Below, piece by piece: positions 27,679 to 38,407 of a DNA stretch of 64,000 nucleotides. The translations under genes were made by a program, and so were the position numbers. Location of the stretch: positions 1 through 64,000 of the forward strand of contig JBPCLP010000028.1 of assembly GCA_051003195.1 (NCBI GenBank), given 5' to 3'. The stretch is from Candidatus Sumerlaeaceae bacterium. GTDB taxonomy: Bacteria > Sumerlaeota > Sumerlaeia > Sumerlaeales > Sumerlaeaceae. Below the pieces are notes generated by a model. That model was given only the letters and a program-made list of their open reading frames with translations. It was not told where the DNA came from and did not search any database. Numbering within the stretch: position 1 is the first letter of the stretch; every line of letters starts with the position of its first letter.

Positions 27679-28656
27679 GTGAAAAAAGTTTTCATCACCA
27701 GGAAACTGCCTGAGATCGCCCGGCAGCTGCTTCACACGGGCGGCTGCGAAGTTCACGTCAATCCGAACGACCGCCCGCTGACAGCGGAAGAGCTGCGTTC
27801 CGCCGCGCACGAGAGTGACGCCCTTTTATGCCTGTTGAATGACAAAATTGACGCACAGCTGATTGAATCCGCTCCGAGGTGCCGCATCTACGCCAATTAT
27901 GCAGTCGGCTATGATAACATGGATGTTCCCGCGGCCACTGCGGCCGGTGTAGCCCTCAGTAACACTCCCGATGTTCTGAGTATCGCCACGGCGGAGATGG
28001 CATGGGCGCTGATGTTCGCCGCCGCGCGACGCCTCGGGGAAGGGGAGCGAATGGTGCGCGCCGGCGCCTTTAACGGATGGGCGCCCATGATGCTGGTCGG
28101 CCACGAGATCACCGGCAAAACACTGGGAATCGCAGGTGCCGGGCGCATCGGCACGGCGATGGCCCGCATGGCACGTGGATTCGATATGCGCATACTCTAC
28201 ACAAAAAGGTCCGCCCAAAGCCCGGCCATGCAGAAATTAGGCGCTGCCCGGGTGGAGCTTGACCAGCTGCTGCAGGAAAGCGATTTCGTATCGCTTCATG
28301 CGCCGCTCACCCAGGAGACACGGCACATGATTTCCGCTCAAGAGCTCAAACTGATGAAGCCAACTGCGGTCCTTGTGAACACAGCACGCGGACCGTTGAT
28401 CGACGAAGCGGCTCTCGCCGATGCGCTCGAGCGCAAACAGATTGCCGCCGCGGGGCTCGATGTTTATGAACGCGAACCGCAGATCGAGGCGAGGCTCCTG
28501 TCGCTCGACAACGTGGTGCTTGCTCCGCATCTTGGGAGCTCTACGCACGAAGCGCGTGCAGCGATGGCTGAGCTGGCCGCAAACAACATACTCGACTACT
28601 TTGACGGACGCCCTCCGCGCACATGTATCAATCCTGAATACGTGCGTCGATCTTAG
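27679..28656 (+). CDS. D-glycerate dehydrogenase / glyoxylate reductase
   Basis: AVGYDNMD, NTPDVL, GAGRIG, VNTARG, GLDVYEREP, PHLGS. Confidence 0.9.
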   Translation: MKKVFITRKLPEIARQLLHTGGCEVHVNPNDRPLTAEELRSAAHESDALLCLLNDKIDAQLIESAPRCRIYANYAVGYDNMDVPAATAAGVALSNTPDVLSIATAEMAWALMFAAARRLGEGERMVRAGAFNGWAPMMLVGHEITGKTLGIAGAGRIGTAMARMARGFDMRILYTKRSAQSPAMQKLGAARVELDQLLQESDFVSLHAPLTQETRHMISAQELKLMKPTAVLVNTARGPLIDEAALADALERKQIAAAGLDVYEREPQIEARLLSLDNVVLAPHLGSSTHEARAAMAELAANNILDYFDGRPPRTCINPEYVRRS

Positions 28657-28663
28657 TGGCGCG

Positions 28664-28686
28664 GTAGAGCAGGCTTCCAGCCTGCT
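28664..28686 (+). repeat. canonical GTAG-type REP
   Basis: GTAG followed by the palindrome AGCAGGCT-TCC-AGCCTGCT. Confidence 0.6.
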
Positions 28687-28761
28687 GCGAGAAGAAGACT
28701 TTATCCACGAATCTCACGAATATCCCGAATGATTGCTATGGGTGCGAGGGCGCGGGCGGTG

Positions 28762-29186
28762 GCGGTTGGAAGCTTTTCAAGTTTTCAAGTTTTTCAAGTT
28801 GGTTTTCAAGTTTGCGGTGTAGAAGCTTGAAAGGGTTGGACATGTATTCAAGTTGTTCAAGTGGGGTAATTTCGCCACTTGAATAGCGGTAATCCTCGCG
28901 TAATAATTCGCCGGGGCCAGTGGTCCCCTGGCAGCGGGGCTTGCCAGATGGATGGTTTTTGCGGCAGGCGCAAGACGCAGAAGCCACGCGGATTGGGCGC
29001 AGAAGTCCATCTGCCGTCGGTCACGGCGGTCAGGCTGCATAGTTTTCAAAGAACACGTTCAGCTTACTACGGGGGCAGGTATACACCAGTGGTGGAGTGC
29101 GTGTCACTTCCCTGGCGTACCCTTCAGGTGGGCTAAGTCCAATAAAGTCGAAAGAGATTTTCGGGCGAACCCGTGCTGGTGCGTGC
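28762..29186 (-). repeat. ~425-bp dispersed non-coding element, copy 2
   Basis: inverted, diverged copy of 13327-13752. Confidence 0.9.
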
Positions 29187-29331
29187 CGCCTTTGCTCGAA
29201 CGTGCCATGCTGATGAGAACTTCCGTAATCGTGCAGCGGTTTTCCACAGGTTTAGTTCACAGGAACGCACCCGTTGCATGGCGGCCAGAAAACGCTTTCC
29301 TGTACTGTTCAACGGTTCTAAACGCCGAGCT

Positions 29332-30180
29332 ATGACATTCGCGAAAACCCAGGTGCGCGAGGTGCAGGCTGGCTCCGTTGCGATCGGCGGTGCTGCACCG
29401 CTGGCGCTTATTTCCGGCCCGTGCGTAATCGAATCCCGCGAGCATGCGCTGAAGCTTGCCGAGCAGATTTCCAGGATCGCCGCTGCGGCCGGCGTGCCGT
29501 ACATTTTCAAGGCGAGCTTCGATAAAGCAAACCGCAGCTCGGGCAAAAGCTATCGCGGGCCCGGCATGGACCACGGGCTGGCGGTGTTGGCGGAGGTGCG
29601 CAGGGAAGTGGGCGTTCCTGTGCTTACCGACATTCACACGCCTGAACAAATAGCGCCCGTGGCAGCCGTCGTCGATATTCTGCAGATTCCGGCCTTTCTG
29701 TGCCGGCAGACCGACTTTTTACTGGCCGCTGCGCACACCGGCAAGACCATCAACGTGAAGAAGGGCCAGTTTCTTGCTCCATGGGATATGAAGAACGTGG
29801 TCGAGAAAGTGACAGAAACGGGAAACCATTCGCTGCTGCTGACGGAGCGAGGGGCGTCCTTTGGTTATAATAACCTTGTGAGCGACATGCGCTCGCTTGC
29901 CGTGATGCGTGAATTCGGATATCCGGTCGTCTTCGATGCGACGCACTCCGTCCAACTTCCCGGGGGCCTGGGATCTGCCAGTGGAGGACAGCGACAGTTC
30001 ATTGCACCGCTTGCACGTGCTGCGGCGGCAACCGGGATTGACGCTCTGTTCGTGGAAACGCATGAGGACCCCGACCGTGCTCTCAGCGACGGTCCCAATA
30101 ACCTGCCGCTGGCGCAGTTGTCGGCATTGCTGGAACAGGTGCGGCGTATGGATGAAGTGTTGAGGCGTTGGACGGATTGA
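29332..30180 (+). CDS. kdsA: KDO8P synthase
   Basis: [43 protein letters not shown]. Confidence 0.97.
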   Translation: MTFAKTQVREVQAGSVAIGGAAPLALISGPCVIESREHALKLAEQISRIAAAAGVPYIFKASFDKANRSSGKSYRGPGMDHGLAVLAEVRREVGVPVLTDIHTPEQIAPVAAVVDILQIPAFLCRQTDFLLAAAHTGKTINVKKGQFLAPWDMKNVVEKVTETGNHSLLLTERGASFGYNNLVSDMRSLAVMREFGYPVVFDATHSVQLPGGLGSASGGQRQFIAPLARAAAATGIDALFVETHEDPDRALSDGPNNLPLAQLSALLEQVRRMDEVLRRWTD

Positions 30181-30204
30181 GTACTGAGCTGTAAGGAGCC
30201 GCAC

Positions 30205-31299
30205 TTGAACATCAACATGCTACTCGAAGCGATGCCGAAAATCGGCGCATCGGATTTGCATCTAAAGGTGGGTGGCCCGCCCATGTACCGCATTAACGGC
30301 GAGCTGCGGCCTGTCGAACATCCGCCTCTCAGCGAAGAGGATCTCGATAGCGTTGTGAACGAAGTCGTTAATCCAAAAAAGAAGATCGAGCTCTCGGAGA
30401 TGGGCACCTGCGATTTCGCGTATTCCATTCCAGACGTGGCGCGCTTCCGCTTTAATGTTTTTCACCAGCGCGGGCTCGTGAGTGTGGCCGTGCGCGCCGT
30501 CAAATTGTACATTCCAACTTTCGAAGAGCTGCACCTGCCAGTGGATACCATGACATCCATCGCCGACAACAAGCGCGGTCTGGTCCTTGTGACGGGCGTG
30601 ACTGGCAGCGGAAAGTCCACCACCCTGGCCGCCACCATTTCGCACATTAATGCCAACCGCCGCGAGCACATCATCACGGTAGAGGATCCGATCGAGTACA
30701 CCTACCGGGATGATAAAAGTATCATTAACCAGATCGAGGTCGGCACGGACACGCTTTCGTTCGAGGTCGCACTGAAGCACATCCTCCGCGAGGATCCCGA
30801 TTGTATTATGATAGGCGAGCTGCGCGATGTGCTGACGGTAAAGACCGCCCTCACCGCAACGGAAACCGGGCACCTGGTATTTGGGACGCTGCACACAAGC
30901 GATGCGACCCAAACCATTAACCGCATTCTGCACTTTTTTGAATCCGAAGACGAGAAGCTAATTCTCGAGCAGCTTTCTTTGAACCTTCGTGCCGTTATCA
31001 GCCAGCGCCTGCTGGTCACTTCCAACGGGTCCGGGCGCATCCCCGCGCTTGAAATCATGGTAGGTACTCCGATTGTCGGGAAGCTGATCCGCGAGGGGCG
31101 TATTACCGAGCTGAAGCAGGCAATTAAGAACGGGGAAGAGGGAATGATGACATTCGACCAGCACCTGGTTGAGTTAGCCAAGTCGAAGCAGATCACGTTC
31201 GAAGAAGGTCTGAAATACAGCGAAGACGAAGGCGCATACCGCCGCAACTTCAAAGGCATTTTCAGCGAAGGCGACCGCGGCGGCCTGATTGGAGTTTAA
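30205..31299 (+). CDS. PilT/PilU-family type IV pilus retraction ATPase
   Basis: ASDLHL, GVTGSGKSTT, EDPIEY, LREDPD, GELRD, ETGHLVFGTLH. Confidence 0.93.
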   Translation: MNINMLLEAMPKIGASDLHLKVGGPPMYRINGELRPVEHPPLSEEDLDSVVNEVVNPKKKIELSEMGTCDFAYSIPDVARFRFNVFHQRGLVSVAVRAVKLYIPTFEELHLPVDTMTSIADNKRGLVLVTGVTGSGKSTTLAATISHINANRREHIITVEDPIEYTYRDDKSIINQIEVGTDTLSFEVALKHILREDPDCIMIGELRDVLTVKTALTATETGHLVFGTLHTSDATQTINRILHFFESEDEKLILEQLSLNLRAVISQRLLVTSNGSGRIPALEIMVGTPIVGKLIREGRITELKQAIKNGEEGMMTFDQHLVELAKSKQITFEEGLKYSEDEGAYRRNFKGIFSEGDRGGLIGV

Positions 31300-31457
31300 T
31301 CTCACCTCGGCGGGGTGGGTATTTACGGTTGAAAACGAGACGGCCGCCCTTCAGGCTCCGTGGCGGCTTCCATGATTCTCGCACATTCGGAGTTAATAAG
31401 TGACTCGCGCAATAGTTCAGCTTAATACCAGCCACCTGATCCCAAACACGTAACGCC

Positions 31458-33314
31458 ATGTCGCCTCTCGTCATCACGATCGCGCTGTTTGCCGCCACGG
31501 TAGCTGCGGGCACGATTGCCGGGGGACTGGTCTTTATTGGTGTGGGTGAGGCCATCCGGACGCGCATCGACCAGGGCCGCGCCTTCGGTGCGGCGTTCAT
31601 GGGTTCATTCATTTCTGCGATGGTGTACACAATCCTGCTGAAGGTGCTGGATAAGACGGATCAGCCACTGATAAGTGGCCCTTTCTTTATGGCCGCCGCC
31701 GCGGGTGTCGTAGTTTCGTTCCTGGCCGTGCTGAAGTCGTTCGAGGTTGAGCCAAATAAGGTTCCCATGCTGTGGCTTCCCTTCGCCGCGGTGCTTGTCG
31801 CCAGCTTCTACCTGTCCAGGACGATGGGCGACGAGTGGCGCGAAAAGCACGGTTTCTATAGAGGTTTTGAGGGGGTCGCGGGTCTCAACATGCTCGATCC
31901 CCCTGATGCGATGTCCACACCTGAGAAGGCCGTAAACTACTACAACAGCCAGTACAAGAAGCTGCAGGAGGCAAACGAAGACGAGGGAATAGGCAAGTTG
32001 CTGACGACCAGCACGCATTGGGACGCGAAGTGGTTCAACGACAACTTCGGCTACATCACCCACAACATGGGGAAGTCAGATCCGTTCGGAATTACCAAGG
32101 TGGTGCAGGATCCCAAACAGCATAAGGTCATGGCCCTCGCGCACATTGCCCGGCCAATTTTCGGACGCGTGAAGCAGATCAAGGAGGACGGCAACGAAGC
32201 CCTGGTGCTAATGGACCGTGGACAGCTGGTGCGCCTGCATAAAGAGGGCCGAAACTGGAAGGTGCGGGACTGGCTCGGCATGCGACCTCTCGTCATGCGC
32301 GACATTTATGAACAGAAGGAAAAAGACGGGACGCTATCGGCGGAAGACCGGGCCGCCCGACAGGCGGATTATAAGCAATACGAAGAGGATACTCGCGCGC
32401 TCGCACTGCGGCTTGGCGTACCGTACAGTCCTTACAACCCGTCCTACGATGAGGATGAAGGCGGTCCGACTGGGCGTAAGCGCGGCTCAGGGTTCGCAGC
32501 ACTGGATGCGGCAAAGCCAGGCGAGCTGGTGGACCTGAGCGCACAACCTGCCTCTACTGCGCAGACGACGCAGCCCGCGCCTAACAGGCAACTGACCACG
32601 CAGCAGAAGCTGGCCCTGCTCAACAATCAGCTCGATGCCCAGGTAGCGAGCATGAGCGGACAGGCGACTCCGGTGGGCGCCGTCACGGCCGACGAGGCCG
32701 CACAGGACCCAAACGCATTTTATAAAGCTGCGCAGGCACAGGCCATCGCGACACCGGCTCCGGGTGTTCCCGCTTTCATCCAGGGAATCAGTGCGGATAT
32801 TCTTTGGCCCGGCTATTTTCAGGCGATTGCGAAAATCGAGCGGGGGGATACAACCGGGATTCGAGAATTTTTGAACTGCACTACCAATGAAGATGCCGCC
32901 TGGTTTCAGCGCAACTACACTATTATCGCCGATCTTGTAACTCCTGGAGCGCAATACACGCCGGAGCAGGCGCAGCTGGTGGCCCTGCAGGCGATGGCTC
33001 GCAGTATGCCACACGTGAGCAACGTGAAACCGGCCGTCCGCACCAACCAGGCAAGCGGTGTAGCGAAATTTGTCGAGCCTGGGGGGGGACCTTTAAACAC
33101 CTACACCACGCTGCTGGCGCAGGAAAGTGGCCGCTGGGTTCTGGCGCATCCTTTCTTCGCCCGTACGTTTATCTGGGTGCCGCAGATCGCAGCCTACAAA
33201 CACACTAAAGGCATGCCGCTGGGCGAGGACGAGCGCTCAGTACTGACCACCGGTCTCGGCCCAATGCAACTCCAGGTGCAGAAGATTTATCAGCAGCTTG
33301 GATTTAGCGGATAG
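31458..33314 (+). CDS. hypothetical membrane protein with an internally duplicated soluble domain
   Basis: about four N-terminal TM segments; two similar ~150-aa blocks. Confidence 0.75.
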   Translation: MSPLVITIALFAATVAAGTIAGGLVFIGVGEAIRTRIDQGRAFGAAFMGSFISAMVYTILLKVLDKTDQPLISGPFFMAAAAGVVVSFLAVLKSFEVEPNKVPMLWLPFAAVLVASFYLSRTMGDEWREKHGFYRGFEGVAGLNMLDPPDAMSTPEKAVNYYNSQYKKLQEANEDEGIGKLLTTSTHWDAKWFNDNFGYITHNMGKSDPFGITKVVQDPKQHKVMALAHIARPIFGRVKQIKEDGNEALVLMDRGQLVRLHKEGRNWKVRDWLGMRPLVMRDIYEQKEKDGTLSAEDRAARQADYKQYEEDTRALALRLGVPYSPYNPSYDEDEGGPTGRKRGSGFAALDAAKPGELVDLSAQPASTAQTTQPAPNRQLTTQQKLALLNNQLDAQVASMSGQATPVGAVTADEAAQDPNAFYKAAQAQAIATPAPGVPAFIQGISADILWPGYFQAIAKIERGDTTGIREFLNCTTNEDAAWFQRNYTIIADLVTPGAQYTPEQAQLVALQAMARSMPHVSNVKPAVRTNQASGVAKFVEPGGGPLNTYTTLLAQESGRWVLAHPFFARTFIWVPQIAAYKHTKGMPLGEDERSVLTTGLGPMQLQVQKIYQQLGFSG

Positions 33315-33315
33315 A

Positions 33316-35250
33316 TTAAAGAGCGAAAGTGATCGGCCCTCGCAGTGGATCTGCCCGATCTAAAAATGTTCGCGCCCATGCTTCGAACATCAGCAGCGAC
33401 CATATCCGATGGCTGTGATTGTGCTGTCCTGAAACATGCTGGTTTACGAGCTTCTGCACGTAACCCGGATCAAGGTAACCGCGGCTTCTCGCTCGTGTAT
33501 CCAGCAGCAACTCTTCAGTCAGGCCGCGCAAATCCGATCGAAACCATTCCCCAACCGGAACACCAAACCCCATCTTCGGCCGGTAAAGAAACTCGCGCGG
33601 AAATATACGTAACAACGCCTGCTTAAGCAGGTGTTTCGGATCGCCGGCTTTAAATTTCAACTCCGCCGGCAAACGCGCAGCGTATTCCATCAGCTTGCCA
33701 TCCAGGAATGGCGAGCGGCCCTCCAGAGAGTTCGCCATCGTCATCCGGTCCACCTTCGGCAGCAGGGCGCCCGGAAGGTACATCTCAATGTCGGCGAACA
33801 TTTTTCGATCGATATCTGCTGCCCCGCGCATCTGCTGCATGATTGCGACGGTCAGCTGCTCAGAGTCGACACTTCCTGCTGTGTCCTTATATGCAGCACC
33901 CATCACCTGCCGCTTTTGGTAATCGCGGAAGATGACCATGAGCTGCACATACAGGTGATCCTCCCCGAGCAGGCTGACTCGATTCGCGTACGCCAGCAGG
34001 TCCGCCCGCGCACTGTTCGGAAAAATGCGCGCAAGCGCACCGCTCGGGCCAGACAACACCTGCCGCAGTGCTCGCGGAATCTTTCCATAGCGGTTAAAAG
34101 CCGGGAAGCCCATGTAACGTGAATACCCGGCGAAGCTCTCGTCCCCGCCATCCCCGTTTAACGCGACCGTCACGTGCTGGCGCGTCATTTTGCTCAGGTA
34201 ATAGGTCGGAATCGCGCTCGAGTCGGCGAACGGCTCATCGAAGTGCCACGCCAGCAGGCCAAGACACTCCAGCGCATTCGGCTCAACGATGAACTCCTGG
34301 TGCTCTGTCGAAAACTGCTGCGCCACCTGCCGCGCATAATCCAGTTCGTTAAATTCGCGCTCATTAAATCCGATCGAGAATGTGCGCAGCGGGCCGCTGA
34401 TGTGCCTGCGCATCATGGCCACAACTGCCGACGAATCCACGCCTCCGCTCAGAAAACAACCCAGCGGCACCTCGCTCATCAGGCGCACGCGCACGGCTTC
34501 GTCCAGCTCCGCCAGCGTGCCCTCCATCGCTTCATCCATCGAGATGTCGAGCTTCGGCCCGAATTCCAGCTTCCAGTAGCGCTCCACCGTCACGTGGCCG
34601 CCCTCGTACATCAGCCAGTGCGCCGGCGGCAGCTTCTGGATTCCCTGGTAAATCGACCACGGCTGCGGTACGTACTGGTACGTGAGATAATGCGAAAGCG
34701 CCGTCGTATCGACGCGGCGCTCCGCCGCCGGATCCGCAAGTATCGCCTTCAGCTCGCTCGCAAAAACAAGCGATTCGTCCGCCGCCCCTTCGCGAAATTG
34801 CGCCCAGTACAGCGGCTTCTTGCCGGTGCGGTCACGCGCCAGGAAGAGCGAACGCAACTTCTTGTTCCAGATAGCAAAAGCGAACATGCCACGCAGCCGC
34901 CGCGTGACATCCGGCCCCCACTGTTCATAGCCGTGCAGAATCGTTTCCGTGTCCGAGTGCGTCTGGAAAACATGCCCATGCGCCAGCAGCTCTTCGCGCA
35001 ACTGCGGATAGTTATAAATCTCACCGTTGAACACGATGACCAGCGAGCCATCCTCGTTGAACATCGGCTGCTGCCCGCATTTCAGGTCAATGATGGCCAG
35101 TCGCTGAAAGCCCAGCCCCGCCGGCGCATCCAGGTACGTTCCCTCTTCGTCGGGCCCGCGATGCACAATGCATCGCTTCATCAACGCAACCTGCTCAGGG
35201 TTCACGGGCCGCGCCGGATCACGGTTTACCTTACCTACAATTCCGCACAT
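33316..35250 (-). CDS. asnB: asparagine synthase (glutamine-hydrolysing) family amidotransferase
   Basis: MCGI, HRGPD, RLAIID, FNGEIYN, LSGGVDSS, GDGGDE, KVDRMTMANSLEGRSPFLD. Confidence 0.95.
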   Translation of the reverse strand: MCGIVGKVNRDPARPVNPEQVALMKRCIVHRGPDEEGTYLDAPAGLGFQRLAIIDLKCGQQPMFNEDGSLVIVFNGEIYNYPQLREELLAHGHVFQTHSDTETILHGYEQWGPDVTRRLRGMFAFAIWNKKLRSLFLARDRTGKKPLYWAQFREGAADESLVFASELKAILADPAAERRVDTTALSHYLTYQYVPQPWSIYQGIQKLPPAHWLMYEGGHVTVERYWKLEFGPKLDISMDEAMEGTLAELDEAVRVRLMSEVPLGCFLSGGVDSSAVVAMMRRHISGPLRTFSIGFNEREFNELDYARQVAQQFSTEHQEFIVEPNALECLGLLAWHFDEPFADSSAIPTYYLSKMTRQHVTVALNGDGGDESFAGYSRYMGFPAFNRYGKIPRALRQVLSGPSGALARIFPNSARADLLAYANRVSLLGEDHLYVQLMVIFRDYQKRQVMGAAYKDTAGSVDSEQLTVAIMQQMRGAADIDRKMFADIEMYLPGALLPKVDRMTMANSLEGRSPFLDGKLMEYAARLPAELKFKAGDPKHLLKQALLRIFPREFLYRPKMGFGVPVGEWFRSDLRGLTEELLLDTRARSRGYLDPGYVQKLVNQHVSGQHNHSHRIWSLLMFEAWARTFLDRADPLRGPITFAL

Positions 35251-35446
35251 GGAGCTACTGCATTACTCGTTTCCAGCCGACTCAATCGTTTTAGCCGATA
35301 ATGACCGCCCACAGAATTCCAGGTGTCAGAAAACACGCTCTCCTTGCTGCATCGCCACCGACCGTAAGCCTCGACTCAAAAATAATTTCAGCAGTGCTTG
35401 CCACGTTGCCTGGTGTCGCGCGTTATAACAGGCAGAGGAAACTAAA

Positions 35447-37351
35447 ATGGGCCACTACCGCTTCGACCTTCCTGTACTGATTCTGTTCATAAGCTGGCTG
35501 GTGCTGCTGGCCTGTTTGGGCATACTGTTTCGGCCGTTTTTGCAAAAGCACAGCATGGGGTTTCGCAGCCGCCGGTTCGCACAAATAACCGAGCCCTTGA
35601 TTCTTTTGCTGGTGGTTCCCCTGCTTGTTTGCTGGCCAGTGGTCGCGCCGCCCGGATTCGGGCGACTCACGGACGACCCGCTATTTTCCATACTGGACCA
35701 GCAGCGCGGTTTGTGGTTGGTCACACTGACCGGTGTCACGCTGGCATGCGTGCTCGCAACGCGATTGATCCGCAGCCGCGCAGGCGTCATCATGGCATGC
35801 ATTGGTTGTACGCTTGCCGCGTTCGGCTGCCTCTGGTGGACAACGCTTGCCTCGAAGCTCCAGTTCCTGCACGCCCATGCCCCGGCCGGTCTTTTCACAT
35901 GGCAATGGTTTGTGCCATCCGGGTTCATGGCACTGCGCATCTTCGCCTGGGTGCTCATCGTGGTGCTGGCCAGTTTCTACGCTGTCAGGCACCGCTTCAC
36001 ATGGCTGCGCTTCATCGGCGGAGCTCTCGCCGCGGGCTTCGCCGCGTATTTTATACTCATGCCATTCTGGACATGGCGCGCATCCTGGGTTGCCGTAGTT
36101 CCGTTTACTTGCCTGGCTGTGCTGCTGGTGCTGCTGCCGCTCCAACGCGAAGCGCTCGAACGACTGACCTGCTTGCGCCTTCGACCTTCCGATACCCCCG
36201 TCGAGAACTCTCTTCCCCATACTCCCGAAGCCAGCTACACCGCACACGCCGCGCTGATCCTGCTTGGCGGAATTGTCGCCACGTCGGCGGCTGTGAACTA
36301 CTTCGAGCGCGAGCAGGTTCGCATGTTCGTGGATGGCCCACGGCATGTATGGCGCAGCCCAGCGCTGCGAAACGCGGCCGAGGACGTGAAGCTGATCGTT
36401 GAACCCGTGGTTGATATCGACCACGCACCGCCGATTGACAGGCTCCCTTATCCGTCCGCATACTCTGAGTACCTGAAGCTGTATGATGAGATCAGCAGCG
36501 AGACCCGCGGACAGATTTTCGCCAGCACTGGATGGGAAGCATTCCGCAGGTACAACGATGCGCTGGCTGACTATACGGACGCATTGGAGCAGGCCTCCCA
36601 CGCAGATTACATGGAGTTTACCAATTCCGCCACGATCTCGTACATGCGATTTCAGAACCTGTCCAAACATCTCGGAATTCGTTCGCAACTGAACATCCAC
36701 GAAGGGCGGACTCTGGACGGCGTCAGCGACATCAAGACACTCTACAGGCTCTGCGGCCTGCTAAACGATCAGCCATGGATTCTCAGCCAGAGCATTGGCT
36801 TTTACAGCCGCCGTGTCGCAAACGGCGCGGCCTATAACGCGCTCCTTCAGTTCCGCCAGGACGAACAGGGACTGCTCGCGCTGGCGAGCGCAATGGATGC
36901 GATTGCGCCGGATGCCCGCCTCGCCCTCAACTGGGAAGCTGCGCGTCGCGGTGAATCCGGAATGCATTTACCCATCGTGCCGAATGCCGATCTGCTGATC
37001 GGGCCATCCTGGCAGGATGTCAGCTACGCAGAAATAACGCACCGCAACGGGCTGCTCGGATGGATTAATTTCGATCTGGTTCGCATGGCGGTCGCGCTCG
37101 AGCTCTACAAAATTCAGAATGGCGCTTATCCCGACGACCCGCAGGAGATCACCCCGGCCTACCTTACCCGCCTGCCGCTGGATGCCATTGACGGAAAACC
37201 CTACCAGTACCGAATAACGGAGTCTGGCGAGTACGAACTCCGCGCGCCTTCCATCCCGGACAGTTGGCTAACCGTCACAGGATCCGTTCGCCCCTTTACA
37301 TTCCCCCTGTCGAAGGCAGGAATCAAAAACGCAGAGGCGAAGAAAGAGTGA
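35447..37351 (+). CDS. polytopic membrane protein with a C-terminal pseudopilin(GspG)-like segment
   Basis: about 8 TM helices; C-terminal ALELYKIQNGAYPDD...YLTRLPLDAIDGKPYQYR. Confidence 0.7.
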   Translation: MGHYRFDLPVLILFISWLVLLACLGILFRPFLQKHSMGFRSRRFAQITEPLILLLVVPLLVCWPVVAPPGFGRLTDDPLFSILDQQRGLWLVTLTGVTLACVLATRLIRSRAGVIMACIGCTLAAFGCLWWTTLASKLQFLHAHAPAGLFTWQWFVPSGFMALRIFAWVLIVVLASFYAVRHRFTWLRFIGGALAAGFAAYFILMPFWTWRASWVAVVPFTCLAVLLVLLPLQREALERLTCLRLRPSDTPVENSLPHTPEASYTAHAALILLGGIVATSAAVNYFEREQVRMFVDGPRHVWRSPALRNAAEDVKLIVEPVVDIDHAPPIDRLPYPSAYSEYLKLYDEISSETRGQIFASTGWEAFRRYNDALADYTDALEQASHADYMEFTNSATISYMRFQNLSKHLGIRSQLNIHEGRTLDGVSDIKTLYRLCGLLNDQPWILSQSIGFYSRRVANGAAYNALLQFRQDEQGLLALASAMDAIAPDARLALNWEAARRGESGMHLPIVPNADLLIGPSWQDVSYAEITHRNGLLGWINFDLVRMAVALELYKIQNGAYPDDPQEITPAYLTRLPLDAIDGKPYQYRITESGEYELRAPSIPDSWLTVTGSVRPFTFPLSKAGIKNAEAKKE

Positions 37352-37965
37352 TCGAAGCCATATCAAAACGGCCCTTGTGGAACCTGTTAGCAATGGCGGG
37401 CCGCATGGAAGTCGAGCATGACGACCAGGCGGAAGCGGACTCCGCGGCTGCAGTGTTCGACGACCCGAACCGCTTTCTCGAAATCTACCACGCCTACTAC
37501 AACCGCATCCTGAACTATCACTACCGCCGCGCCGGCAACCACGACATTGCACTCGACCTCACTTCGCGAACATTCCTCGCTGCATTCGAAGCGCTGCGCC
37601 AGCGCAAGGTTCGCAACCTGCAGCTGCGCCCCTGGTTGTACCGTCTCGCAACCAATGCCCACCTGGATCATTGCCGGCGCGAACAGCGGTGGACTGTACG
37701 TATCCCCATCGTTGGCCGGTATTTCGATTCGCGTCCTGCCCGGCTTCCGGATGCGGCGCTCATGAAGCAGAGCGAGAGCGATGCGATCCGCGCCGCCATG
37801 TTTCGGCTGGATGAACGTTACCGGTCGCCCCTGGTGCTGCGCTACTACGAGGAACTCAGCTATGCCGACATCGGAAAAGTGCTTGGTATGCGTGAGGTCA
37901 GTGCGCGTTCCCGCGTCAGCCGCGCACTCAAAATGCTCCAGTCATTATTGGAGGAAAGTTCATGA
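37348..37965 (+). CDS. ECF RNA polymerase sigma factor
   Basis: ALDLTSRTF, WLYRLATN, LRYYEELSYADIGKVLG, RSRVSRA; start uncertain (37348/37393/37405). Confidence 0.88.
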   Translation: MIEAISKRPLWNLLAMAGRMEVEHDDQAEADSAAAVFDDPNRFLEIYHAYYNRILNYHYRRAGNHDIALDLTSRTFLAAFEALRQRKVRNLQLRPWLYRLATNAHLDHCRREQRWTVRIPIVGRYFDSRPARLPDAALMKQSESDAIRAAMFRLDERYRSPLVLRYYEELSYADIGKVLGMREVSARSRVSRALKMLQSLLEESS

Positions 37966-38357
37966 ACGTCGAAAAACTCGAACACGCCGTTCGCCAGTCA
38001 CGGCCGCGGGAAATCTCCGATCCATCCCACCGCGCCGCACTTGGACGTGAACTGCAGCACCGCATTGCGGCTGAGCGCGAATGCGTGGCAGTTACTCCAT
38101 GGACCGCGCGGTCTTACCTGTCGGTTGCTTCCATTGCGGCGCTGCTTCTGTTTGCCGCATTTCAATATCAGCCCGCGGCAAGGCCGCTTCCCACAGGAGT
38201 CTTTGTCTTTGCGGGGCAACGAGCGCATGCCACCGCAGGTACCCCCGTCCGTATTGCTTCACTCCTACCCCGCATCCACCGGTTGGTCAGCCCTGCCATC
38301 AGTCTTTCAGATCTTCGCATGCATTTCGACGCAAACCCCCTGCCCGAAAGACGCTGA
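37962..38357 (+). CDS. putative anti-sigma factor
   Basis: ATGA-coupled to the sigma gene; short N-terminal helix plus one TM segment. Confidence 0.55.
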   Translation: MNVEKLEHAVRQSRPREISDPSHRAALGRELQHRIAAERECVAVTPWTARSYLSVASIAALLLFAAFQYQPAARPLPTGVFVFAGQRAHATAGTPVRIASLLPRIHRLVSPAISLSDLRMHFDANPLPERR

Positions 38358-38407
38358 GCTCGCCCACTTCGACTGCCGGTATCACGTTAAACGGCTGAGA
38401 TTCGACC

